A DNA stretch of 64,000 nt from Ginglymostoma cirratum. Lineage: Eukaryota. Where the stretch lies: the NCBI GenBank assembly GCA_024137785.1, contig JAHRHZ010000041.1, positions 25,055,009 to 25,119,008 of the forward strand. The letters are read 5' to 3'. The position numbers were made by a program, and so were the translations under genes. The notes under the pieces are model-generated. The model worked only from the letters and a program-made list of their open reading frames with translations, did no database searches and was not told the DNA's origin. Below are positions 40,810 through 53,605 of this stretch, in pieces; position 1 is the stretch's first letter; every line of letters starts with the position of its first letter.

Positions 40810-42275
40810 TATTATCCACCATTTCTGCCACCTCCAGCAGAGTACCAACACCAAACACACCTTCTCTCCTCCTCCACTGTCAGAATTCCACGGGTACTGT
40901 TCCCTCTGTTACACCTGGTCCACCACTCTATCACTCCTAACAGTCCATCACCAATGCATGACACTTTCCGGTACAATTGCACAAAGTGCAATACTTACTC
41001 TTTCGTCTCCTCACTCCTCATTGTCCATATTTTGTTCCATTCTGTTACTTGACAGAAAGCTATACCTTTATCACATAGACTGCCATTACACACCCCCTGT
41101 TGTTAGTCACTAACAGTCCCCATTAACAACTATTCACCCTCCCAGCCTGCTCATTAGCAGCTCCTTTGCTGTCCGACTGTCTTTCTCTCTCTTTGGGCTC
41201 TACCCTATCGTTTACTCCCTACCCCATCCACCTGCCTATTTTCTGCATATAAACTGACATTTTCCCAGCCACCATCAGTTCTGAGGAAGAGTCACCAGAC
41301 CCGAAAACTCTGTTTTCTCCGCCAGACTTGCTGAGCTTTTCCAGCAACTTTGTTTTTTTTTTCTGATTTACAGCATCTGCGGTTCTTTTGGTTTTCCTTT
41401 ATCACAAGTCCCTTTCTGAATGCTTACTGTAGACCTTTGCTCTGAAAGACCATCTATATCACCTCCACTGCACTTTCCTGCTTCCTCTTTCCATGATTCC
41501 TTCAAAAGGATTCAGATGCAGAAGTCAATCTTTCTACACTATTTTTCCCTCAAAGCCTTTCTTTCTTTTCCTCAGATAATTGCTATTTCTTCCTAGGCCT
41601 TTAATTGTTTTATTTCCCACTTATCCTTTCCTTGAGAAATTTGGTCCAATCTGGCTCAAGTGTCTCCAACACTTTGGTGAGACCAAACACAGACTGGGTG
41701 ACTACTTTGCAGAGCACCTCCACTCTGTTCATAAGCATGACCTGGCCAATTGTTTGCTCTTTTGATAAATCACCTTGCTCCCACGTTAATGTTTCTGTCC
41801 TAAGCCTTCCACAATGTTCCAACCAAACACAACATAACTGGAAAGAACCTCATTTTCCACTTTGGCACTTCGCAATCTTTAGGACTCAACATTGAGTTCA
41901 ATGACTTCAGAGCATGGACACTGTCCTCCATTTTGATAACCATCCCCAACCCCCACCACTGTGCCTTGTTTGTGTCTTATTGGCGTTATTCTCTGCAGAG
42001 CTCAGCAATTTTCTCCTATTCAAATCTACCATTCATACCTATTTTGTATCCTAATCACCCTCTGTCACTCACTTTGTTTTTTTCTTTTGGGCACCCTCAT
42101 CATTTGTTCCACTCACTCATCCTCCCCTTCTGTGAAAAGCATAAAACTATCACTTTCCAGCACTTTGCAGTTCCAAAGTGGAGTCTTTGGACTCCGAATG
42201 TTAACTCTATTTCTCTTTCTACAGATGTTGCTGGACCTGCTGAATTTCTCCAGCACTCTCTGTTTTTACTGCAGT
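40810..42275 (+). mobile_element. Degenerate Penelope-like retroelement 3' part: linker, GIY-YIG endonuclease and pLTR
   Basis: 40810-41030 reads HHFCHLQQSTNTKHTFSPPPLSEF...LVHHS...TFRYNCTKCNT (Cys pair). 41650-41912 reads FGETKHRLGDYFAEHLHSV...VSVLSL.QCSNQ...LIFHFGT.Q.LGLNIEFNDFR (PLE GIY-YIG). It ends in a pLTR with a decayed hammerhead, stem II GAGTC-TTTG-GACTC at 42181-42194. Confidence 0.85.
41076..41395 (+). mobile_element. Solo PLE pLTR (family B) nested inside the older PLE, with an 11-bp TSD
   Basis: Contains TCAGTTCTGAGGAAGAGTCACCAGACCCGAAA and the full 3' end GCATCTGCGGTTCTTTTGGTTTT. Perfect direct repeat CCTTTATCACA at 41065-41075 and 41396-41406. Confidence 0.85.
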
Positions 42276-42819
42276 TGAAGTGTTGGAAGAATCCCCTCGA
42301 TAATTGATCAATATTCAGCTCTTAGCTTGAACGAAATTGGGCCAATGTAGTATGAAAAGGATAAGTAGGACTGCAGGAAGTAAAACAATTAAAGGTTTGG
42401 CAGTTCACTGAGGAAAGGAAAGAAAGGCTTTGAGGAAAGAAGTGCATAAAGATTCTTTTCTGCAACTGAATCTTTTTCAAGGAATCACAGAAAGAGTAAG
42501 TGGGAAAGTGCAGTGGATGTGATTCAGATGGTCTTTCAGAGCAAAGGACTGCAATAAACATTCAGAAAGGGACTTGTAATAAAGTTTTGGTTTTGAGTAA
42601 AGTAACAGAATGCAACAAAAATGGTTTTATTTCACTTTTACTGAAACCCGTATTTTACTCCCAAAATTCTGTATCATTTTAAATTTTAAAACAACCATGA
42701 TGGAATTTAGATCCAGATTCTTCAGGTTACTGGTCTCTATTATGAGCATGATGCTACCACACACCAGATTAGAATAACCATAACAATTTGAATAAAGACT
42801 TTAGAATTAGTTTTTTTTT

Positions 42820-43030
42820 TCTACAGAGTGGTGAGAATGTGTAACTCACTGCTATGAGATTGATGTTGATAATAGTGATGCAGTTAAGGGGAGGTCGAAT
42901 GATTGAAATACAAATAAATAAAATCAGTGAGAGAGATAGAGTTAGAGATTGAGAAGGCTTATGTTGCTTATAAGGGCTGGCAGCATCTAGTTGGGCTAAA
43001 TGGTCTGTGTAAACGGACTTGATGTAATTC
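42820..43030 (+). mobile_element. Degenerate CR1 3' end
   Basis: TTCTACAGAGTGGTGAGAATGTGTAACTCACTGC (F..RVV..WNSL-like) and GTTGGGCTAAATGGTCTGTGT 3'UTR motif. Confidence 0.6.
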
Positions 43031-44486
43031 TAAACAAGGTAGGAAATCAGATTCAGTATTTTCTGATATTTAAAAGTGTGGTGCCTGGAGCATTGCCAGT
43101 GTGTTGTAACAGTTCTGGACCAAGGCTACTTAGACATATCAAAGGTCACAGTGATTTGTTTTATTTTTGAGATTTATGCACCTTTTTCTGAACAATTTCA
43201 AGTTATGGTTTCCCTGTGAAAACAGCTCTATTGAGGTTACTTTGCAGTTTGTGTTAGGATCAATTTGATAAACATTAACCTCCTTGAACAGACATTGGTA
43301 AAAGGTCTTCTGCTTTTGCAGCTCTTGGCTTTGTTAATTATTTTTGGCTCCAGGATAAAAAGCAGCGTTATCTTTCTTCTCCTTCATTGTTTGATCTTTA
43401 TTATATAACTCTAGAGGGAGAGGACAAATTAAGATCACACCACATCCAAAATGTCAGGATGCAATTGGCATTCACCTAGTGATTACGAGAAGCACTTGAC
43501 CTGTGTGATTTAGTGTGATGTGTACATGACTCAGAGTCAATAAAGAACAATAGAAGTGCTAGCATTAATGTTACATAGCTAAGGCAGAAATATCAGGCAG
43601 AAGCACTAGCATTTGTAAGGTTCAGTATATTGTGGCAATGGAAAAATGTCATAGACCATTAGTTATCAAGAACTGGTGTCTTTTATTTCAGTACAAGTAT
43701 TTGCAGTCAAGGTTAATAAAAACTGGAAAGTTTCCTTAATTCATTGTAGACTGACAGTTCATTTATTCAGTAGCACAAAATTAAAGCAAAAGTTGTCTAT
43801 TTATTTAAATAAATATCTGTTTGGGTGCCATCTACTGATATTTTGTTAAATATTTTTCCTCTGTTACTTTCGACCTCCTTGACAGAACATCTGTGGGTCT
43901 GATGCTAGTCTATAGTTTGATACATGTGCCGCAACCACCTTTTTGTAAATTGTTCAGTTAGACATCCTTTGTGTCTGAACATAATCTTAGTAATCTGGTA
44001 ATCCATGGGTCATAATGACACTGAGTATAATCCTGTTCTCACCTGATAGCCTCAAATAAGAGGATTTAGTGGGTAGCACCAAGAAATGTAGTTGTGGTTC
44101 ATCTTCTTTATCCACAGACATTTATCTTTCATTTTCCTTATGAAGATCCTTCACTTCAATAAAACCTAGGAACTGAACACAAGATCTTTGGGCCTGTATT
44201 GTGCAAGTCCACAATAAGTAGTATATTGGTGCAGCAAACTGTCAAGGGTGACAAATTGACTCTAATTTGATGCCCTCTGTGGTGTTGCACCTTATAAACT
44301 ATCCCACCTCTGATCCATGGAAGAAATGTTCAAGCCATGCTCAATCTGAAGCAAGTTCAGTTTCAGCTTCACTTGAATGCAGCTGATGAGCTGTCGTGCT
44401 CCAAGCAGATGCTCCCATGCAACTTGGTCACAACTGCAGGAGAATGGGAAATCAGTCACCTCCTACACTGAACTAACAGCTAGGTC

Positions 44487-44590
44487 AAAAAGCAGAGTTA
44501 ATGTTTCGGGTCTAGTGACCCTTCTTCAGAACGGTTTTAATTTTGTTTCTGATTTCCAGCATCCCTGGTCCTTTGTATTTTTTTTGTTTT
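44487..44590. mobile_element. Small asymmetric PLE pLTR inversion with a near-intact minus-strand hammerhead
   Basis: Reverse complement of 44496-44532 is GTTCTGAAGAAGGGTCACTAGACCCGAAACATTAACT. It is followed by a plus-oriented 3' end TTTGTTTCTGATTTCCAGCATCC. Confidence 0.7.
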
Positions 44591-44624
44591 AACTAAGGGT
44601 CAAGGAAGGGAAGGGGGTGTAGTG

Positions 44625-44723
44625 ATAAAAATAGAAATTACAGAGAAATTCTCAGCAGGTCAGGCAGCATCCCTGGAGACAAAGCAGAGCAAACATTTCA
44701 AGCTCAGTGATCCTTCTTCAGAA
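44625..44723 (-). mobile_element. Diverged PLE pLTR fragment
   Basis: CTCAGCAGGTCAGGCAGCATCCCTGGAGACAAAGCAGAGCAAACATTTCAAGCTCAGTGATCCTTCTTCAGAA, ending just past the CUGAAGA box. Confidence 0.7.
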
Positions 44724-46479
44724 GGGGGTGTAGTGGGTGGTGCAGTCATTCTAAAGGACGACAGCACCAGCCAGCATGGAGTTGTGGAATTTCTGATGAA
44801 GTCTGAAGGAGCATGTTGGATTTTTTACCATTTTTTTTGTATCCTTCACGTATTTGATTTACTTCAGAGCAATACAGCGATGCTATCAGTGTCTAAGAAT
44901 GAAACAGGTTTATTTTCAGTGATTTAAAACATCCATTCAATCATAAAGTGAACCCGTGATGATCCTAGCTCGACTCCTTAAACTTTCTCTGGTCGCTCAA
45001 GATCTGAGTCAACACTCAGGCTTAACCAATCAAACACAGTGAGCATAGATCAGTTCCATACATACTTAATCAAAAGCAAATCACTTGAACCATTAAATAA
45101 TATAGAGCATTCCCATGAAGACTGCAAAAGTACAGGTAAAAATAGCTTATCGCACTTCAATAATCACTGCCAACCTACTTATTACTTGGTACAAATGGAT
45201 GAATTATGTATCCTGCTTGCACTACGCATTTGTACTTCAAAAGGGCAAATGGGTTCCTTGGCACTTTTCAACTCCAAAGTATATTTTTTCCAGTGAGAAA
45301 CAGACAGCTGAAAATTTAAAAATTGACAACACCACGCAAAGGGCAATATTTCGAGTTTTTTTTTGAAAGGTTTGGGAGCAAACATGTCAAGTTTCAACTA
45401 ACACACCAGCCCCACCGCTAAGATAACCTATTGCACTGTGGACCAACCAGCTTATTGAGAACTCACAGAAAAGTGTGGGTGAGTTTGTCAGCCTGTTACA
45501 GGCTTCAACACTGGGTTGCCAGATGCTGCTGGCCAACAGAAGGTAGCAGCTTTTGGGTCCTAAGAGCTTCTAATGCAGGCCTACTCCGTGGTGATTCCTT
45601 CGGTGAGGAGACATTATACTATTTATGTACTTCTTGCATGGCAGGAGTTGCAGTATGAGGACACTTTGGGCACTTGAATCAAGAGCAGCGGATGGGTTTC
45701 CAGATCACCCCTCATACGCATATCCCTCCCCTCATCGATGCCTCTGGTTGCCCTATAATGATGAAAGTGGAGCCCCCACCCTCTCAACTTGGCAGGCAGG
45801 TCATCCAGGTCTCCCAGTTGGGAAGCTAGACACCTTTCTTCTCAACTGGGAAGGCAGGTGATTGAAGAGATGGCAGGTTGTGCTTCTTTAGTGGCCAATA
45901 GTAGACCACGTTAGGGCCGGAGTTGTTGGTGAGTCAAGATGGACGCTCATGACCTTCCCAACCAGGACTTAGTTGTTGAGTTAGGTGACTACCTTTTCAG
46001 GGAAAACTCACCAAATTGTTACCCCCTCCAATCCCTCCAGGGGAAAAAGAACTTAAGTAAAACATCAGTTTATTAATAGACCCAAAAGCAGCTCACAATT
46101 TTATTTCTAGTATTTTACGAATATGTTACAATATGATTCATTATTCAATTGTCAGGAAAAATTGCATGATCATAAAAAAAATTTATAATTTGACTATGAA
46201 TTCAGATCACAGTTTTAGAAATGTTAATAATGCCTGTCAGAGTTTATGATAAAAGGCAATAATTAGCTGATGTAATATTTTACTTTAATGGCACATGGTT
46301 TTGTAGATTTTTTTTGCTCATGCTGTGTGTAAGTATCATATACACAATTTATAACTTTTGGCATTTTTCAGTGTCATAAACTATTCCTACTCAGTTCAAA
46401 GTATTTTATCAGTCAAATAGAGAGACAAAATTAAACAGAAAATCATGAAGTCATCATATGTTAACAGAAGTTTAATGAT

Positions 46480-47100
46480 ATACCCTGTCGCTGTGTCTAA
46501 CAAAACTGGAGTCAATGGGAAGCAGGGAATACATGTTTCACTGGTTGGAGTCATACCTGACACCCCCGCAACAAGCTGAGGGGCGGTGAATTAAGACAGG
46601 AAATCAATTCATCTCTCCTCACCCAGGAACTTAACAATTTAGGGTATAACATCTGGAGTTGTAATGAATTGGGGATTCTTGCCACGGTCTGGTTACAACA
46701 ATATTTGACATCGAATGCCTCATTGATGTTGAAATAATACACTCCATATGAAATTTAAAGAAGCAAAGAGGCTTCCTGAGGTCGTGCAGGAAATATACCT
46801 CATGTAGAGGCACGAGTGGGATTCATCCTTGTGCAAACACTCTAAAGGGAAAATTTTTAATGGTCGGAAAGCAATTAATGAAAATTTAATACATGTTGCC
46901 ATCAATGGAACAGATTTTTACTTGCATCACCACAAACCAATTGCTTTTAAAGGGGGGTTACCATGTATAGTAATCGAACGCATCCAACATCAATTAGATC
47001 TTGGTACAGCATAAATAAGAATGCTTTTAAGCTTTGCGGGAATCAGAAGACAATACCACAGTAATGAAGCAAGTGAATGTTTCTGAAAATGAATTGTAAC
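46480..47100. promoter_or_regulatory. Candidate conserved non-coding element / enhancer
   Basis: About 600 bp with no recognisable repeat, retained CpGs, homeodomain cores (GCAATTAATG 46871-46880, TTTAAT, GTAATGAATT) and ETS-like CAGGAAAT twice. Conservation not tested. Confidence 0.35.
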
Positions 47101-47669
47101 TTCACTAAGGAGTTTTAGATTTAGGAGAAGAAATAACAAATTTGGGAAAATATTTTTTAAAATGTGGTGCGATAAAACACTACAAAAATCTCCACCATTC
47201 TGTACAAACCGCTGTTAGATAATGAGGGATTGGGATGGAGTGGGAAACTCAAGGGGATCCTTGGTATAGTGCAATGAAATGAAAATCATTCATCATGAAA
47301 AATACAAACAATTATCCTGGCATGACCGGTGACCACTAATTAGCTGCTGAAGGATTTCCTTTCATGAGGGCAGCATAATAAAATTCCAAAGAATGATGCA
47401 CTCATCATGTTAAAATGCAATTTCAGACTGTTGCCATAGTCGCATTGAAAAGTGAGAAGGACACATTTGTCTCGTGAGGTGTGAGGATTGGCATGTCCAT
47501 TTGCCAGTTTTCTCCAAGAAGGCAGCCATCCACTTCCTGGTCTCTAGTGCTGCTGTAAAAACTGGTCTTCAAGAATGCATGCTTTTTGTTTTAACCAACA
47601 AATAAGAAAAAAAGTCCAATTCTTAAAAAGAAAGCATTTTATTCATGAAACCTGAAGAATGTTGGAAAA

Positions 47670-48025
47670 GTCAGCATTCATTGCCCAGGAAAAGGCAATG
47701 TTGAGCTAGGGTCCTGAATACAGCTGAGTTTCTTGCTTGGCCATTTCAATTATTAGTCATTACTGTGGGTCTAGAGTCACATATACAGGCCAGACCAGGC
47801 AAGGATAGAGTTTTTCCTTCCCTCATGACGTTAATAAACCAAATAGGATTTTACAACTATCCAATCATTTCATAGTTGCTAGTACCAACACAAGCCTTTT
47901 TATTCCAGATTCATTTAATTAACTATGTTTAAATTCTCTAACTTTCAAAAGTGAGGTGATGAACGCATATCTCAAGTCATTACACAAATCTTCTGGATTT
48001 TGAATCCAGTAACCACTAATGAATA
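47670..48025 (-). mobile_element. tRNA-derived SINE apparently sharing its 3' tail with the CR1/L2-group LINE family
   Basis: Head-like GTGGTTACTGGATTCAAAATCCAGAAG on the minus strand, body GGGTCTAGAGTCACATATACAGGCCAGACCAGGCAAGG and tail GTCAGCATTCATTGCCC. Related fragment at about 7180-7270. Confidence 0.55.
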
Positions 48026-48631
48026 AAACAGTGCTGTACAGCAACATGTCCACCCCCTTGACTAATGACAGCCAACAACTATGATAGGCTTTGTGCCTAT
48101 GCTAAAAAGCAGCAAGTCAAGACAAAAGTATGATAACTTTACAGTCTGGCTGAGGGAGGAGACCACCAAAAGGCAAAGCAAGGCAGGGATGCTGTGAGGA
48201 CCAAAGTGGGCACAAAATGAATGAGTGCTAAGAGAGAGAGAGTGCAAGCAGCCCAGTGATGCAGCCTGGTCCAAACTGTGAGTTAGATGCCTGCCCCTGC
48301 ATGCAAGTATCCTGGCATTTCCAATTATAAGATACCAGTTTACTCCAAAGTGCAGCATCAAAGCACAGAACGTAAGTGGATTACAAATGTACCAGGGTGA
48401 TGTGGTGGGGTTGGTACATGTCAGGTGCCATGGACAGGGTTGTGCACTGCCCATGGTGCATGCCCTGAGATGTTGATGCCTGGTGTTCAAGATAGAGGTC
48501 CAGAGGAGCAAGCAGCGAGTTGGATTTGCCAAGTGACCACTCTGACTTTCCTGTAGGGAATTGTCCAGTTTCAAGTATCTGTCTAGTTTCAATCCAATGG
48601 GAGGGAGATTAGAAAACTGCATTTTAATGAG

Positions 48632-49199
48632 AGATAAAAGGTACTGCAGATGCTGGAAAATCCGAGATAACAAGCATGGGGCTGGATGAACACAGCAGGT
48701 CAAGCAGCATCATAGGAGCAGGAAAACTTGACGTTTCGGGCCTAGACCCTTCATCAGAAATNNNNNNNNNNNNNNNNNNNNNNNNNNNNNNNNNNNNNNN
48801 NNNNNNNNNNNNNNNNNNNNNNNNNNNNNNNNNNNNNNNNNNNNNNNNNNNNNNNNNNNNNNNNNNNNNNNNNNNNNNNNNNNNNNNNNNNNNNNNNNNN
48901 NNNNNNNNNNNNNNNNNNNNNNNNNNNNNNNNNNNNNNNNNNNNNNNNNNNNNNNNNNNNNNNNNNNNNNNNNNNNNNNNNNNNNNNNNNNNNNNNNNNN
49001 NNNNNNNNNNNNNNNNNNNNNNNNNNNNNNNNNNNNNNNNNNNNNNNNNNNNNNNNNNNNNNNNNNNNNNNNNNNNNNNNNNNNNNNNNNNNNNNNNNNN
49101 NNNNNNNNNNNNNNNNNNNNNNNNNNNNNNNNNNNNNNNNNNNNNNNNNNNNNNNNNNNNNATGCTGCTTGACCTGCTGTGTTCATCCAGCCCCATGCT
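48632..49199. mobile_element. Young PLE family A fold-back insertion spanning the assembly gap, with a 14-bp TSD
   Basis: Minus arm 48632-48761 has an intact hammerhead (reverse complement CTGATGAAGGGTCTAGGCCCGAAACGTC). Plus arm 49162-49200 is the reverse complement of part of it. TGCATTTTAATGAG occurs at 48618-48631 and 49200-49213. Confidence 0.85.
48762..49161. other. Assembly gap (400 N)
   Basis: Run of N. The round number suggests an estimated size. Confidence 0.99.
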
Positions 49200-49840
49200 T
49201 GCATTTTAATGAGGCTTGCTTAGGTAATAATGAGATGTTAACACATGCTATTACATGCAAATACTCCTCGCTGCTCACTAGCGAGAAACTCACCTCACCG
49301 TTGAACACATATTGGAAAATGGGATATTTTCCTCTCAATGTCAGGAAGCTCCTCATTGGCCATCTCATGATTTTCCCAACTTTCTTGCCATGTCCCAGGT
49401 TGTTCAGGGGCTTGGAAGATTCCACCCACGGTGTTTCATCCAAGAAAAAAATGCCTTTCTTGGATTTTAATGTGCTTTTATTTTGTTTCATCCTCATAAA
49501 CATAAAATACTCATTTTAGCGACATTGTCTTCCTTGGCCAATAACATTGAGGATGTGTTATAAATTTTGACAAATGTAATACATTGGAATAATTCCTTTT
49601 GATGACTATTTAAAGATGTAAAGTTACATCTTTTACTGTGACACCAATTGTTAATGTCAACAACTTTTAATTTAGTTTACTTAAAGCTCAATTTTTCTCG
49701 AAGCATTTAATCAATTCGTGAAATGATAGTAAAGCTTTAGAATCATGTAACAAAGACACATCACTCATGTGTGAATTAAGTTTTTAATTTTGTTTCTTCA
49801 GTTTAAAGACTTATTGTCAGTATTTACAAAGCCATGTTGA

Positions 49841-49966
49841 TTCTGAAGAAGGGTCCCAACCCAAAACGTCAGCTTTCCTGCTCCACTGATGCTGGCTGGC
49901 CTGCTGTGTTCCTCCAGCTCCACACTGTGTTATCACTGACTCCAGCATCAGCAGTTCTTACTATCT
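49841..49966 (+). mobile_element. PLE pLTR 3' fragment with decayed hammerhead
   Basis: TTCTGAAGAAGGGTCCCAACCCAAAACGTC (GAAA changed to AAAA), then the family A-like 3' end. Possible 6-bp TSD TTGATT (49837-49842 / 49967-49972). Confidence 0.8.
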
Positions 49967-52344
49967 TTGATTGTAATGTAGGAGGTCGGTGATCATTTAG
50001 CTTGATACATCTACCAAATTGAAAAAGACAGAAACAAAATAGTTTAGTGAGAATGGACCATCGAGACTCTTCAGTACAAAACAGGCATAGAATAAAGCAA
50101 GGGCCTTGGCTACAGTGAACCAATTAAGGTCCAAAAATATACTGTCACTCAACTTTATTGAAAAGCTGCTCAGAAATTAAAGAGCGAACTAGAGAGTCTA
50201 ATTAAGACATAGGGTATTCTCAAGTCGACTTCCAATCTTCCTAAAGAGACCTTTGGCTAAATAAACTGGCCTGATCTTTACCTTGTTGAAGCTTCTGATC
50301 CAATAAAGCTTTGTAAATATCACCGTTATCTCATATCTTTGAGCAAAGTGATTTGAGAGCAGTGGTAATCTATAACCATATTATTCATTCTTAAATATGG
50401 TTAAATAATGTCCTTCTGGGTCAGAGGCTTGGGCCTGAACGCTAACCTTTGAGCTTGAAGTAGGGGTGGCAGACAGCAGTTTCAATGCCCGAAAGTTTAT
50501 GATACGAGTATTTTTGTAGATTTTGAATGGAGTCATTGCACTAGAACCCTTCCTTTCAGTTTCCCAATCATTCATAGCAGTTTATGTGTTCAAAGCTACC
50601 CGACTGGCTCAGTATTCGAAGTGACCCCGAAAGGGACAGACTGGAGACTGTTTAAAACTGGCAATTGAGAGATAACAACTGAAGTGATGATGTCTGGGCT
50701 TTAAGGGCTCAATGTGAAACATCATTCCCAGTGGGATTATGAAGCCAGTCTCTGAAGTCACACCAGTAGATCTGGAAGTTTCTGAGGAGATGAACAGCAG
50801 AGGTGTGGTACATTTATTTCCACCTACAAGCACCTCTCCTGCTCAGGACTCCTTAGAACAGTACACCTTGCAGTTCTACTCACCCCTCTCTCTCCCTATT
50901 GAGATACCTATTCACATCCCTGTCTGAGAAACTGCATCAGACATACATCCTCAGCCTATTGCCATCTCACATCATGACCTTACCATCACCATCCACGAAT
51001 ATTGTCAGTGTATTGTCTCAACATATTGCATATCTCAAGATCACAACTCTTTTCTCCTGTTGTTACGGGAGAAAGACCCGTGTCCAGCCATCCAATAATA
51101 GCCACCAACTACTTTGTGGGAGGATGTCCTAAGGGAAGTCATGGCAAGCTGCCTGATGCCTTTACAATCAAAACTCCTGACCTGGGCCATTATGGTAAGG
51201 AATATCTCTCAAAGAATTTTCCTCATCTTCACCGAGAGGCAGCTGGACTCCAAGACATATAATTTTGAGTTGGCAATGTCCAAAGAATAAAAGCCAGTCA
51301 ATATTTTTACTTCTTCCTGATAGTCTAAAATACAATTTTGTTTTTCGTGAGATTGCTTTTTCCTAGATATTGTAGGGGTCTGTACAGAAATCTTCAGAAA
51401 ATATTTCTACACCAATGGAATAGGCATTGGAGCATTGAGCATTTGATTCTGAAGATGAGTTAAGATTAGTTTATGTAAATGTATAAATTTAACATATAAC
51501 ATATAAGTATATATGGAAAGCATGCAATTGTAATGCTTATAAAAGTAGCATAATCATAAAGATGAACAATGTCCTGAAAAGCTAACTCTTACTTTCACAA
51601 GAAAATCCAAACTTCAATCTCCACTTAGTACAAATACAAGACTTTAAAAGAGATTAAGGATCTCCATCAAACATCAAAGTTATATTTCCTTGATTACTAA
51701 GAGTGTGAGATTCATTATGTTCAGAGTGAATCTGAAGTGGGGGTGACTGATATCAATGTCTCTCCTCTAACAAACCTGATTATTAGATAACTTTGAGGTA
51801 TTTATCATTACTATTTTAATGTTGTAATATTTAAAAGTGGTGTGAAAATGGTCTTTCAGTCAATAATACACCATCCCTAATCATTTAATATGAGGGCCTT
51901 CCAATTGTAATGATGTTGCCGATTCAATTTCCAATAATTTTATTTGAACTTATTCTTGGGATCCAGTGTTTCTTTATCAGATTATGCTTTTAATTGTCTG
52001 ATCTGGCATTGCACGTTAATGATAGTTGTTATGCCTAGATCCCTGGGATAGTAGTTTTGAAGTTAGTATAATGCTTTGTCTTGTTATTTTTTAAATATAA
52101 TGATGCAGTTTGCTTGTAGGTTGTACTAAGATTTATCATTGAACTTAATTTCTTGTATCCATCCCATATATTTTAGCCCTTATTCTTTCAGAGTCTTTCA
52201 TGGTCATTGGCGATGGAGAGCTACATAGTGACAGAATTAGATTCAATCTGAATTTGTGCCTTTCATCTCTCACTGGATCATTGAGTGTCCTGTAGAAGTT
52301 GGTGCTAGAGGAGAATTCTCCTCAAAAGAGGGATGTATTGTGAG

Positions 52345-52681
52345 AAAGCACAATCACCAAAGATCTTCAGACAACACCTTCCAAACACACGACCACTTCA
52401 TTTAGAAGGACAAGGGCAGCAGATACATGGGAATACCATCAATTTCAAGTTCTCTTCCAAGCCACTTTCTGTCCTGACTTGGAAATATATCGCCGTTCCT
52501 TCACTGTTGCTGGGTCAATATCCTGGAATTCCCTCCCTAATGGCATTGTGAGTAAACCCACGGCAGGTAGACTGCAGCGGTTCAAGAGGGCAGCTCACCA
52601 CCACCTTCTCAAGGGCAACTTGAGACGGGCAATAAATGCTGGCCAGTCAGCGATGCCCACATCCCACAAATGAATAAAAAA
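52345..52681 (+). mobile_element. CR1/L2-group LINE (second family) 3' end
   Basis: KIFRQHLPNTRPL...TWKYIAVPSL...SWNSLPNGIV...LQRFKRAAHHHLLKG, with tail ATCCCACAAATGAATAAAAAA. Confidence 0.85.
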
Positions 52682-52719
52682 GTACCAGTCTCCTTCGGGT
52701 CATAATCATTGGCTATGTC

Positions 52720-53605
52720 AAGTTGTGTCGTCAATAGTGAGTAAGAACAAGTGAGATGGAGGAGGCATGGACAGCGGTGAAAAGTCCCACTCGGAAAATC
52801 CTGGATCCTCAAACTCACTCAGCTTGATGCAGATGCTTTGCAGTGAAGAGGGTGACAGTGGAGTAGCAACAAAACATGGGCACCCCATTCTGTCATCTTG
52901 TCCAGAGGCACTGTGCATGATTGGAGAGAGATGGAAGGCGTCTGTCTCTAGCATGACTGCTATGATTTTGCAGGCCTTTTTGTTGATGTTGACTGCCGTG
53001 GGAAGAGTGATTGTCTACATGGAGCATTAGACGCAGCAAGCAACCAAATCTCTGTTGTCCTGACTGATGGCTGCACAATCACTATTCCAGCTTAAATAGA
53101 GAGGAGGCAACCATTCCCATTGCCATTCATCAACTCCTGAAGTACAGCAAAGTACTCTCCAGTTCAGGGAAGTGCAGGATGACCTTATAGGAAACTTGGA
53201 TAAAACAGACTTGGAAGCAAACAAATAGCACATGTAATGCAGCAGTTCAAGGCAGCTCATCACTACATTCTCAAGGGCTACTAGGTACAGGCCCAGCCAG
53301 TGACGCCCAGTGAGGTAATAAGCAAAGAAAAGTGGGGGCTTTGCTCAAGGTAAAGCCACGTCTGCCCTGCGCCTCACCCACCCATCGCTCACTGCCTCAG
53401 TATTCCCTGCAGGCTGACTCCTGTTCCGTCCTGTCCTTGAGTCTGTTCCTGCACTTCTGCGGGATTTTGTAGATCCTCAGAGGACACCAGTCCTGAACAT
53501 CACAGCAACCAGAGCAGGAGATTGATCAGCCTATCTGTCACTCTACTGAAACCACAGCACCAGGTAGCATTGGGTAGGAATAACAGGAACAGGAAGTGAA
53601 AGACT
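52720..53605 (+). pseudogene. Probable decayed 3' portion of a Harbinger partner (Myb/SANT) gene, convergent with the transposase
   Basis: ORF 52767-53030 has an amphipathic segment (PEALCMIGERWKASVSSMTAMILQAF...VGRVIVYME) followed by a P/S-rich, basic-ended region. It lies tail-to-tail with the transposase. Interrupted by a LINE tail at about 53230-53310. Weak motif evidence only. Confidence 0.3.

Larger units (their letters stand above)
48040..49430 (+). repeat. 3' part of the Harbinger-derived repeat family, interrupted by a young PLE fold-back
   Basis: GCAAGGCAGGGATGC at 48178-48192. TTTACTCCAAAGTGCAGC and CAGAGGAGCAAGCAG are shared with 22790-23000. Confidence 0.6.

Noticed and set aside
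48624-49209. Three long ORFs (164-190 aa) in the ORF track
   Set aside because: They are open only because they read through the 400-N gap.
49972-50378. Possible solo LTR (TGTAAT start, AATAAA near the end)
   Set aside because: The 3' terminus is imperfect and there is no TSD. Plausible but unsupported without a copy-number search.
50683-50755. C/D-box snoRNA-like arrangement GTGATGA...CTGA about 70 nt apart
   Set aside because: No adequate terminal stem, no clear C'/D' boxes and no recognisable rRNA guide.
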